Positions 55,518 to 64,000 of a DNA stretch of 64,000 nucleotides are shown here, one piece after another. The notes below the pieces were generated by a model. It had not been told where the DNA came from and searched no databases. It worked only from the letters and a program-made list of their open reading frames with translations. This stretch comes from an uncultured Gemmatimonadales bacterium (lineage in GTDB: Bacteria; Gemmatimonadota; Gemmatimonadetes; Gemmatimonadales; GWC2-71-9), in the NCBI GenBank assembly GCA_963842945.1, contig CAWJIM010000002.1:128001-192000 (forward strand), read 5' to 3'. Both the position numbers and the translations under genes were made by a program. Numbering within the stretch: position 1 is the stretch's first letter; each line of letters opens with the position of its first letter.

Positions 55518-55555
55518 GCTATGGGCTGGAACTGGGTTCCGCTAATTTAGCCTGT

Positions 55556-57244
55556 ATGACCAATCCACTCGGCACCGCTGATTTCTTTGCCCTCGAGGCC
55601 GGGGAATGCCTGGACCGGCTGGAGACTCTGGTCCAGGGTTCCACCCCACCGTCTGCCGACGAGTTTCTCCGCATGGCCCGAGTGCTTCGCGGCTCCGCGC
55701 TCATGGCCGCCCAGCCGCACATCGCGAAAGCCGCTGCCGGATTGGAAGCCTTCGCCCGGAGCAACCGGGACCAGCAGCGAGCCTGGGACTCGGGCACCCG
55801 GGAGCATATCGCTCAGTCGGTTGAGGAGTTCCGCTATCTGGTGCGCCGGGTCCGCGAATGGAACGAGGCAGATACTGCGCGGGCCGGGCGGCTGAGCCGC
55901 GATCTCGAGAGTCTGACAGGTCGAACTGGTAGCGAGAATCCTTTCAGCCAGGCTGAACCACAGAAGGCCGAGCTGAACACGGGTGTGCGCGCCTTTGTGG
56001 CGCGCGAAGGCGCGCTCATCGCGAGCGCGCTCGATCGAGCCTCGCGCACGCTGCGGAGCTCACCAGGGGATCGCGACCCGCTGTACAACGTGATCCGGCG
56101 CATGCAGTCGCTGCGAGGCCTGGCCGAGCTGAGCGAGCTTGCTCCATTGCCGGATATTCTGGACGGCATCGAGCTGGCCGTGGGCGATCTCACCCGACTG
56201 TTTGCCCCGCCGCCCGGGGTAGATGAGGTGATGGACGCCGCCGCCCGTGCCCTGACCCGGATGTCCCGGGACGTGGCGGAGCAGGGACGTCCCGATCCCG
56301 ACGCCGAGGAGGCGCGGAGCTTCACTGAGCTGCTGCTGCGGGCATTTGCGGTCGAGAGGGACGTGGTTCCGATCGAGTCTCTCTTTGTCGATGGAGACCC
56401 GGAGCCGATGAAGCATCCGGTGGCTCAGCCGCAGTTCGCCCCTCCGGAGCCGCTGGGCCCGTTGGAGCTGGTGAGCCAGGGTGAGCATTTGTGTCAGAGC
56501 GCGGATCTGATCACCGCCGCGCGCTCCGCCGCTGAGCGAGATCTTCGACTCTATCGCCTGCTCGGCGCCCTCCGCGCGGCTGCGGCGCCCAGCGCCGACC
56601 CCGTAGCGGGGGCGCTGGGAATCTTCGCCCGTTCCGCCCGTGAGGCGCTGGCCGCCGGCGCAGCCAGCCGCAGCGTGGAGGATCTGGTGAGCCGGCTGCG
56701 GGACGCGGGACAACTCCTGCGTGCGGTGGTGGAGAGCGACGATCGCATGCTGATCTCCCGGCGCTTGCTGGATGTGGCCCACCGTGTGGATGGATTGCGG
56801 GCCGAAGCGGAGTCGGCGGAGCAGCCGGTTCCCATCGAGTCCCTGGCCTACGACCCAGAGCCAGAACCTCAGGTGGTTCCCATCGAGAGCTTGGCACCCG
56901 ACTCTCCGCCGGCGGCATCCTTGAAGCAGACTGAGCCCATGAGTGGCCTCGAAGCGAGCTTCCGCACTCTGGATCGACTGCAGCACGAGCGGGCCGCCAC
57001 CACGGCCGCTTTCCGGAGCTTGATCGACAATGGAATCCAGCAGACTGATCAGGCCCCAGGCCCGGAAGCCCCACCAGTGTTGATCACCACCCTCTGTTAC
57101 CGGGGACACGCCGCGCTGCAGCGGGCCAACGCAGTCCGGGAGCAGATCACCGTTGAGCTCGCCCGCGACGCCAGTCTCACCTCGCTTCAACCATTGCTGC
57201 AGGAGCTGCTCGACCTCGTTCCCCTGGCACTTGCCGATTCCTGA
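55556..57244 (+). CDS. Hypothetical protein with tandem Hpt-like helical bundles lacking the phospho-His
   Basis: FFALEAGECLDRLE...ARVLRGSALMA and FVAREG...RMQSLRGLA; three (V/P)VPIESL repeats. Confidence 0.7.
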   Translation: MTNPLGTADFFALEAGECLDRLETLVQGSTPPSADEFLRMARVLRGSALMAAQPHIAKAAAGLEAFARSNRDQQRAWDSGTREHIAQSVEEFRYLVRRVREWNEADTARAGRLSRDLESLTGRTGSENPFSQAEPQKAELNTGVRAFVAREGALIASALDRASRTLRSSPGDRDPLYNVIRRMQSLRGLAELSELAPLPDILDGIELAVGDLTRLFAPPPGVDEVMDAAARALTRMSRDVAEQGRPDPDAEEARSFTELLLRAFAVERDVVPIESLFVDGDPEPMKHPVAQPQFAPPEPLGPLELVSQGEHLCQSADLITAARSAAERDLRLYRLLGALRAAAAPSADPVAGALGIFARSAREALAAGAASRSVEDLVSRLRDAGQLLRAVVESDDRMLISRRLLDVAHRVDGLRAEAESAEQPVPIESLAYDPEPEPQVVPIESLAPDSPPAASLKQTEPMSGLEASFRTLDRLQHERAATTAAFRSLIDNGIQQTDQAPGPEAPPVLITTLCYRGHAALQRANAVREQITVELARDASLTSLQPLLQELLDLVPLALADS

Positions 57245-58262
57245 GCCAGCGGTAGCCACGGCCACATCACGGCGGTTGCTGCCCGCCGTGGTAGGAATTC
57301 TGGTTTCGGTGGCACTCCTGTTGTGGGCCCTGAGAGGGGTCAGCCTCGCCGACGTTCTCACCCAGGTTCGGGCCGCGCGGCCAATCCCGCTGGTGATTGC
57401 CGTCATCGTGGGCACGCTCACCTTCCCCTTCCGCTGGATTCGTTGGCGCGTTCTGCTGGGCCCGGCTGGGGCATCGCCGCAGTTCGCGCGGCCGCTCTGG
57501 GATGCCGTGGCCGTCGGATTCATGGCCAACAATCTGCTCCCGCTGCGCGCCGGTGAGCTGGTCCGGTCTTACACCGCCGCGCGGCTCACCGGAATCCGAT
57601 TTACCACTGTGCTCTCCTCCATCGCGGTGGAGCGCATCTTCGACGGATTAACCGTGGTCGGGCTTCTCACGATTGCGCTGCTGAGCTCGGACTTGCCGCG
57701 TTCGCTTTCCATCGCTGGCGTCTCGGTGCTGCAGGTGGCGCAGGGTGGCGCCGTGGTCAGCGGGGTGGCATTTCTCGTCGCCATCGCGATCCTGGCAGCC
57801 CCAGTTGCGGCGGAAAAATTCATTCGCCGACTCGTGCCCGGGCCCCTGGCCGACAAGCTCGTGAATATGGTCGAGGGGATTCGCGAGGGCCTCGTGGCGC
57901 TCCGCACACCGGGACGACTGCTCCTGGTCGCGCTATGGTCGCTGGTGATCTGGCTGGGGAACGCCTTGGCCCTCTACATCGGGTTTGCCGCATTCGACAT
58001 CCCGGTCAGCTATCTCGGAGCGCTGTTGCTGCAGGGGCTGCTGGTGCTGGGAATCGCGATTCCGTCGACACCGGGTTTCTTCGGACCCTTCGAGGCCGTC
58101 ATCGTCGCCGTTCTGGCACTCTACGGGGTAGCCAACGACGTGGCCTTCTCCTACGCCATCGCCTACCACATCACCTCATTTCTTCCTATCACCCTGCTGG
58201 GACTGTGGTCGTTGACGAGAGTGCCGGGGGGCTTTAGAGGAATTCGGCAAGCGCCTCCATGA
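57231..58262 (+). CDS. Lysylphosphatidylglycerol synthase TM / flippase-like (UPF0104) protein
   Basis: RWIRW, NNLLPLRAGELVR, ERIFD and PSTPGFFGPFE; start uncertain. Confidence 0.88.
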   Translation: MPIPEPAVATATSRRLLPAVVGILVSVALLLWALRGVSLADVLTQVRAARPIPLVIAVIVGTLTFPFRWIRWRVLLGPAGASPQFARPLWDAVAVGFMANNLLPLRAGELVRSYTAARLTGIRFTTVLSSIAVERIFDGLTVVGLLTIALLSSDLPRSLSIAGVSVLQVAQGGAVVSGVAFLVAIAILAAPVAAEKFIRRLVPGPLADKLVNMVEGIREGLVALRTPGRLLLVALWSLVIWLGNALALYIGFAAFDIPVSYLGALLLQGLLVLGIAIPSTPGFFGPFEAVIVAVLALYGVANDVAFSYAIAYHITSFLPITLLGLWSLTRVPGGFRGIRQAPP

Positions 58263-59155
58263 CCACCACGGTGACTCTGGCGGCCCTGGCCAAGGTCAAC
58301 CTGTTCCTGCGGGTGCTCTCTCGCAACGAGGACGGGTTTCACGGGGTGGAGACGCTGCTGTGCCTGATCGATCTCTCTGATACTCTGACGGCTGAACGCC
58401 GGGAGGGGCGCGGGGTCACCATCGAGGTGCAGGGCGCCGACACCGGCCCCCCCGACCAGAACCTGGCCCTGCGGGCCGCAGAGCGGGTGCTCGAGGCCAC
58501 CGGCAACCGGTTTGCGGTTCACTTGAAGCTGGTGAAACGGATTCCTGTTCGCGCCGGCCTGGGCGGCGGGTCGAGTGACGCGGCGGCAGCGCTGCATCTG
58601 GCGAACAATCTGGCAGGCAATGCCGTGCCCCGGCACGAGCTGCTTCAATTCGCGGCACAAGTGGGGAGCGACGTGCCCTTCTTCTTCGGCGGTGCCCCGC
58701 TGGCCCTGGCCTGGGGCCGAGGCGAGCGCATGATCCGGTTGCCTCCACTGCCGCCGTCACCCGCACTGCTGGTGACTCCGCCTGTACCGATCCCCACTCC
58801 TGATGCATACGCCTGGGTCGATGCGGCGGGAGCCACGTCCGCCCGGCGGGGCGCCCTGGCGCTGGATCTCGACGCGGTGTCCCGCTGGGGCGACGTCGGC
58901 CGAATGGCGGGCAACGATTTCGAGTCACCGGTCTTCAGCCGCTACGGGAACATCCGAACCGCTTTCGAGGCGCTGGTGGCGACACGACCGCTGGTCTGCC
59001 GGATGAGCGGCTCGGGATCGACCCTGTTCGCGATCTATCGATCGATCAGGGACCGCGAGGATGCAGCCATGATGCTGGGCCGGAAACACGGCCTGGTCAC
59101 CAGGGCAGAGACCATGGGCCAGCCCGCGCCCGGTCTGACTAGTGGATCAGGATGA
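58259..59155 (+). CDS. ispE: 4-diphosphocytidyl-2-C-methyl-D-erythritol kinase
   Basis: AKVNLFL, IPVRAGLGGGSSDAA, GSDVPFF and MSGSGS. Confidence 0.96.
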   Translation: MTTTVTLAALAKVNLFLRVLSRNEDGFHGVETLLCLIDLSDTLTAERREGRGVTIEVQGADTGPPDQNLALRAAERVLEATGNRFAVHLKLVKRIPVRAGLGGGSSDAAAALHLANNLAGNAVPRHELLQFAAQVGSDVPFFFGGAPLALAWGRGERMIRLPPLPPSPALLVTPPVPIPTPDAYAWVDAAGATSARRGALALDLDAVSRWGDVGRMAGNDFESPVFSRYGNIRTAFEALVATRPLVCRMSGSGSTLFAIYRSIRDREDAAMMLGRKHGLVTRAETMGQPAPGLTSGSG

Positions 59156-59186
59156 TGGTGGCGTCGAAGGCGACTGCTGCGGCGCT

Positions 59187-61885
59187 TCAGGACCTGGATC
59201 TGGTGGCGTCCACGAGCTCGCGAACCTTCCGGGCCAGGGTTTCCGGCTCCAGGGGCTTCTGAATGAACTCGCTTCCTTCCTGCAGCAAGTCCCCGGCGCA
59301 CCACGTCCAGCCCGGTGTACCCCGAGGTGAACAGCACCGGTACGTGGGGCCAGCGCTCGGCGACGACATCGGCCATCTCACGGCCGCCCATGTCGGGCAT
59401 CACGACGTCGGCCACGATCAGGCTGATCTTCCCATTCTCCTGATCCAGCAGCTTGATGGCCTCTTTCCCGTCGGCAGCCTCCAGCACGCCGTAGCCGCAG
59501 CCTTTGAGCGTGCGGGCCACGATGCTCCGTACCATGGGCTCGTCCTCGGCTACCAGCACCACTTCTTCCGGCCGGCCGGCGGGTGTCGGCAACTCGGGGT
59601 GGTCGATCCGGAAGCCGCCGTCCGCGATCGGGAAATAGAGCTTGAAGGTGGTTCCCAGTCCGGGTTCGCTATAAGCCCAGATGAATCCGCCGCTCTGCTT
59701 CACGATGCCATACACCGTCGAGAGACCAAGCCCGGTGCCCTGCCCCACACCCTTCGTGGTGAAAAAAGGCTCGAAGATGCGGGCCAGCGTTTCCCGGTCC
59801 ATTCCGTGCCCGGTGTCGGTGACCACTAGCGCCGTGTACTCTCCCGGCGCCAGGGTTTCCACCGGCTTGGCTGCGACATAGGCCGGATCGAGCGCGACGT
59901 TCATGGTTTCGATGGTGAGACGACCTCCGTCGTCCATGGCATCGCGAGCGTTCAGGGTGAGATTGACCAGCACCTGCTCCAGCTGTCCCGGGTCGGCCCG
60001 GATCAAGCCAAGCGCCGGGGAGAGGTGCACTCGTACCGCGCGGGTCTCGCCCAGTGCGCGGTTCAGGATCGGCTCCAGGTCCCGGACCGTGGCATTCAGG
60101 TCCAGCAGCTGAGGCTGGAGCATCTGCCGCCGGCTGAAGGCGAGAAGCTGCTGGGTAATGCCTGCGGTACGCTTGGCCGCGCGCCAGATCTGGTCTACGT
60201 CCTGGCGAACCTGGTCCGGCAGGTCGGTTCGCTGCAGGACGTAGTCGGCGCAGCCCAGTACCACCGACATCATGTTGTTGGCTTCGTGGGCGATGCCGCC
60301 GGCCAGCTGCCCTACCGAATCCATCCGTTGCGCCTGCCGCAGCCGCTCTTCCATCAGCCGCCGGTCGGTGACGTCGAGACAAACACCGGTCATGTACACC
60401 GCCGCGCCAGTTCGTCGCGCACTAACCGGCCGGTTCCGCGAGCCACCGAGTCTTTCCGTTGGGCAGAATGACCCGGAACTCGGAGCTGAGCGAACCGGTC
60501 TCGTCCAGAGCCCGTCGAATGTCCCGTTGCACCGATTCGCGATCCTCGTCAATCACGCGCTCGAGAACCTGCTCGATTCGGGTTACCTGCTGGTTCAGAG
60601 CGACACCGAAGAGCTGGTTCATACCCTCGTCCCAGCTTACGTCGCCGGTCTCGACATTCCATTGCCAGGTTCCCATTCGCGCCGAGCGCAGGGCGAGCTC
60701 CAGCCGCTCCTGGCTCCGGGCGAGGGCCTGCTGCCGCCTGCCGGCGCTCGGTGACATCTCGCTTGATGCTGGAAGCGCCGACCACCTCACCCTGGGCGTT
60801 GCGGATGGGGGAGACGCTGACGGCGACATGGATCCGGCCACCGTCCTTCCGAATACGCTCGGCTTCGGCAAACTCCACTCGCTCCCCTTGTCGGAGGCGG
60901 TCGAGCAGATCGCGTTCATCATGATGCAGGTGGTCCGGGATCAGCTTGAAGATGGACTCACCGACCATCTCCTCCGCACTGTATCCGAACATCTGTTCGG
61001 CGGCGGCGTTCCAGCTGGTCACCACGCCATCGACGGTCTTGCCGATGATGGCATCGGCGGACGAGGCGACGATGGCGGCAAGCCGCTGAGTGGCATGCTC
61101 CGCCTCCCGCTGCCGGCTGACGTCGCGGGTAAAGCAGCGGGTATGCACGAATTCGCCATTCTGGAAGTAGACGCTGGAATCGATCAGGACGTCTACGATC
61201 TCCCCGTTCTTGGCTCGAAGCTGGGCGGGATAGTCCTGGAGCACCTCGCCGCGGGCGAGCCGAGCCAGGATGTCGTCGATCACCGGCCGGCTGACGTGGA
61301 AGTCCACGATGTTCCGCCCCAGGTATTCGTCCCGTTGGTACCCCAGGAGGTCCAGCTCCGCCTGATTGACCCGCAGGATCGTGCCGTCGGGTCCAACCCA
61401 GTGAATCGGAAGGGCGGCGTTCTCGATAAAGTCTCCCAGCTCCTGTTCCCGCCTGCGCAGCGCCTCGTGCGCCCGCTTCTGCTCCTCGATGTCGATGGCA
61501 GTCGTCAGCCAGGCATCGAGCTCGGACGAGGGAGAGAAGAGCGGCACCACCCGGGTGAGCAGCCAGCAGAACGCTCCATCGCTGCGGCGGTAGCGCAACT
61601 CCATCTCGAACGGCTGCTGCCGTTCTCTGGCCTCGCTCCAGCGGGCCCTCAACTGGCTCGCGGTCGTCGGGATGGACAAAGACTTCCCACCCGCCCGCGT
61701 TGAGCTCGCCCAGAGATGAGCCGGTGTAATCCTCCCAGCGCGAATTGACGTAGGTGAAGCTCCCGCCGGCGTCCGTCACCCAGACCAGCCCGGGTACGAC
61801 CTCCCCCAGCATCGGGTAGACCGCCTGGCCATCGGCGTCCGAGGGCCGCGGCCATGGCCGGGCCAGCGTAGGTGATGTCGCTCAT
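59187..61885 (-). CDS. Multi-PAS hybrid sensor histidine kinase/response regulator (indels)
   Basis: Four PAS/PAC repeats, GGIAHEANN H-box, NARDA, DTGHG, FTTK..GTGLGL and C-terminal REC. Confidence 0.92.
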
Positions 61886-61980
61886 GCGTGTGACCGCGAG
61901 AGGTATGAGATCAGCATCCCCGGGAATTTGAAGGGCAATTTTTCATCCATGCAAGGCCAGGATACTTTTCAGGGACAAAT

Positions 61981-62051
61981 TGGCCCTTCGTCCAATGGCA
62001 GGACAGCGGACTTTGGATCCGTTAATGGTGGTTCGAATCCACCAGGGCCAA
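61981..62051 (+). tRNA. tRNA-Gln (anticodon TTG)
   Basis: TGGCCCT/AGGGCCA acceptor, GCGGA-CTTTGGA-TCCGT anticodon arm, GGTGG-TTCGAAT-CCACC T arm; no encoded CCA. Confidence 0.95.
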
Positions 62052-62060
62052 CTGGGCGCG

Positions 62061-63206
62061 TCACTTGGCGCGACGATATGCCTCGATCGTTGCTTCGGCC
62101 GCAGTCCGCCAGTCGAACTGGTGGGCTCGCTGGAACCCCAGCTCACGCAGCCGAAGCCCCTCCTCCGCAATGGTGGCCCGCTCCAGGCCGGCGTCGATAT
62201 CTCCCACATCAAATGGATCCACCAGGATAGCCGCTCCGCCCGCAACCTCCGGCGCCGCGCCGGTGCGCGAGGTCACCACCGGCGTTCCACAGGCCATGGC
62301 TTCGATAATCGGCAACCCGAATCCTTCGTAGATGCCCGGATAGAGAAAGGCGGCGGCTCCGGCATACAAGCCCGGCAGGCTGGCCTTATCGACATACCCC
62401 AACAGAGACACACCGTCAGGCAGGCGGGCGCCATCCTGGTTGAACTCCGGATCCAGCGACGTTCCGGTGATCAACAGCCGGTATTCGGCTCGATGGGCGC
62501 CCCGCTCCCGCCACCGAGTAAAGGCGGCGATCAGGCGGCGGGTGTTCTTGCGGGGAGAGACGCCGCCTACCGCGAGGACGTAGGGCGCGGCCTGATCGGG
62601 AGTAGCCGGCCGCTCCTGGATCCGGGCAAACAGGGGATCGAGTCCGTGATGAACCACGTCGATTTTCGACGCGGGGACGCCGGCGCGGCGCACCAGATCA
62701 TCTGCCGTGTACTGCGAGACCGCGATGAAGCGGTTGGCCCGGCGCCGGGCCCAGGGAAAGAGGGCGCCATACATCACTCGCAGGCGGCGGTCGTAGAGCT
62801 CGGGATGCACCTGCCAGCCGAGATCGTGTACCGTGACTACGCAACGATCGCGGGACCGCAAGGCGTAGGGGAGAAAGCCGTCCATTCCATGAAACAGCAG
62901 CTCGTCCCGGCCAGCCACGGCCCGCAACGAGTACCACTGGTCAAACCAGAGTTTCCACAGGGTGGCTCGGATTCCACTTAGCTCCGGACGCCTGATCGGC
63001 ACCACCTCCCGAACCCGGGGAAATCCGAGATCGAGCGGCGCCCAGGACAGAGCAGTAATGGAGACCTGGCCGGTCCGGGACAACGCCTCCAGCAACTGCT
63101 CCATGTACACTTCGATCCCGGTGTGCGGCCCGGCGAGATGGCGGGCATTGACCACCAGGTCGAGAGTACCGGAGGGCGAAGCGGCGGTGGCGAGGGGAGA
63201 GATCAT
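62061..63206 (-). CDS. Glycosyltransferase family 4
   Basis: TVHDL, SPRKN and YEGFGLPIIEAMACGTPV. Confidence 0.92.
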   Translation of the reverse strand: MISPLATAASPSGTLDLVVNARHLAGPHTGIEVYMEQLLEALSRTGQVSITALSWAPLDLGFPRVREVVPIRRPELSGIRATLWKLWFDQWYSLRAVAGRDELLFHGMDGFLPYALRSRDRCVVTVHDLGWQVHPELYDRRLRVMYGALFPWARRRANRFIAVSQYTADDLVRRAGVPASKIDVVHHGLDPLFARIQERPATPDQAAPYVLAVGGVSPRKNTRRLIAAFTRWRERGAHRAEYRLLITGTSLDPEFNQDGARLPDGVSLLGYVDKASLPGLYAGAAAFLYPGIYEGFGLPIIEAMACGTPVVTSRTGAAPEVAGGAAILVDPFDVGDIDAGLERATIAEEGLRLRELGFQRAHQFDWRTAAEATIEAYRRAK

Positions 63207-63218
63207 CCCAGCGAAGAC

Positions 63219-64000
63219 CTACGGGGTGGCGGCGGAGGCAGGCTCGACCCGGTTCCTGCCGCGGCTGGGTTTGCCTTTCGCCTGGACGCGCTCGAGCACA
63301 TTGAGGGTTTCCCGGGCGCAGCGCGACCACTGAAAATCCCGGCTTCGCTCCCGCCCTGCAGCAATCAGCTCCCGCCGTCTGGCCTGGTTGTCCAGTACCG
63401 CTCGAATTCCAGACGCAATGCTCTCGGTCGACTCCGGATCGACCAGCATGGCCGCTCCCTCGGCCAGCTCCTTGGTCCCATAGCAGTTGCTGGTGACGAC
63501 AGGACATCCAGCCGCCATGGCCTCGAGCACGGGCAATCCGCAGGATTCGAACAGCGAGGGCAGCAGGAGGGCATCCGCCAGCGAGTAGAACCCGGCGAGG
63601 TCTTCCTGGTCTACCCAGCCCGGCCAACGAACCCAATCAGCGATGCCCAGCGTCTCCGGCTCCTTCAGCTCCTGGTCGGAGAGAAAGCGGTTTTCTCCAC
63701 CGGCCACCACGAGAGGGATCCCACGCTCGGGCCCAATCTGAGCGTAGGCTTGGACCAGGCGGGTAAAGTTCTTGGGGGGGTAGATGGCGCCGGCGTAGAG
63801 CAGGAATCGCCGCGGCAGCGAGTACTTCTCCCGAATGAGCTGCAGCCGCGCCTGGTCCGGAGCCCGGCGGAAGACGTCGTCCACGCCGGAGTACACCGTG
63901 AAGACCCGATCGGGTCCAACCGGAAGAAACTCCATGACATGCTGCCGGGTGATTTCGGAGACCGCGATGATGGCTGCCGCTCTCGCGGCGTAGCGGGGCA
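63219..64000 (-). CDS. Glycosyltransferase family 4 (5' end outside window)
   Basis: YPPKN and FESCGLPVLEAMAAGCPV. Confidence 0.9.
   Translation of the reverse strand, partial: PRYAARAAAIIAVSEITRQHVMEFLPVGPDRVFTVYSGVDDVFRRAPDQARLQLIREKYSLPRRFLLYAGAIYPPKNFTRLVQAYAQIGPERGIPLVVAGGENRFLSDQELKEPETLGIADWVRWPGWVDQEDLAGFYSLADALLLPSLFESCGLPVLEAMAAGCPVVTSNCYGTKELAEGAAMLVDPESTESIASGIRAVLDNQARRRELIAAGRERSRDFQWSRCARETLNVLERVQAKGKPSRGRNRVEPASAATP

Overview
High-GC bacterial chromosomal window. Gene content and order suggest a Gemmatimonadota/Gemmatimonadales-like organism (inference). Many single-base indels split even essential genes (thrS, valS, gltX), so this looks like an unpolished long-read assembly, and gene ends near indels are approximate. 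The core backbone runs: hbd-CPBP-bioY-thiolase, thrS, BON, valS-Ig lipoprotein-selA-gmhB-purN-purH-DUF2723, gltX-capA, aminotransferase-FAH-JAB/DinG-TPR-DUF4175-DUF4159-rsmI-trxA, mce and pdxJ-pseudo-Hpt-flippase-ispE. It also holds three tRNAs (Ser-TGA, Ser-GCT, Gln-TTG). Accessory blocks are lipoproteins, a sugar dehydrogenase and response regulators (17-24 kb), a glycosyltransferase/wecB/asnB/methyltransferase/Coq4-like operon between the two tRNA-Ser genes (24.3-32 kb), a Ser/Thr kinase cassette (45.5-48.6 kb), and a PAS hybrid kinase plus GT4 genes around tRNA-Gln. The most notable sequence-level observations are: (1) the kinase cassette is flanked by a 17-bp near-perfect direct repeat and appears inserted into the 3' end of the DUF4175 gene, leaving the old C-terminus stranded upstream of the TPR gene; (2) two homologous ~110-118 bp palindromic REPIN/MITE-like elements lie 16 kb apart; (3) a structured RNA-like hairpin with alternative pairing sits between thrS and the thiolase; (4) degenerate 7-9-mer tandem/inverted repeats recur at gene junctions; (5) a Coq4-like gene ends a glycan operon; (6) a protein has tandem Hpt-like domains lacking the histidine; (7) an uncalled 50-aa membrane protein is coupled to thrS; (8) a CRP/FNR-type site lies at about -41.5 of a DUF4142 gene. 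No CRISPR array, rRNA, transposase or integrase was seen.
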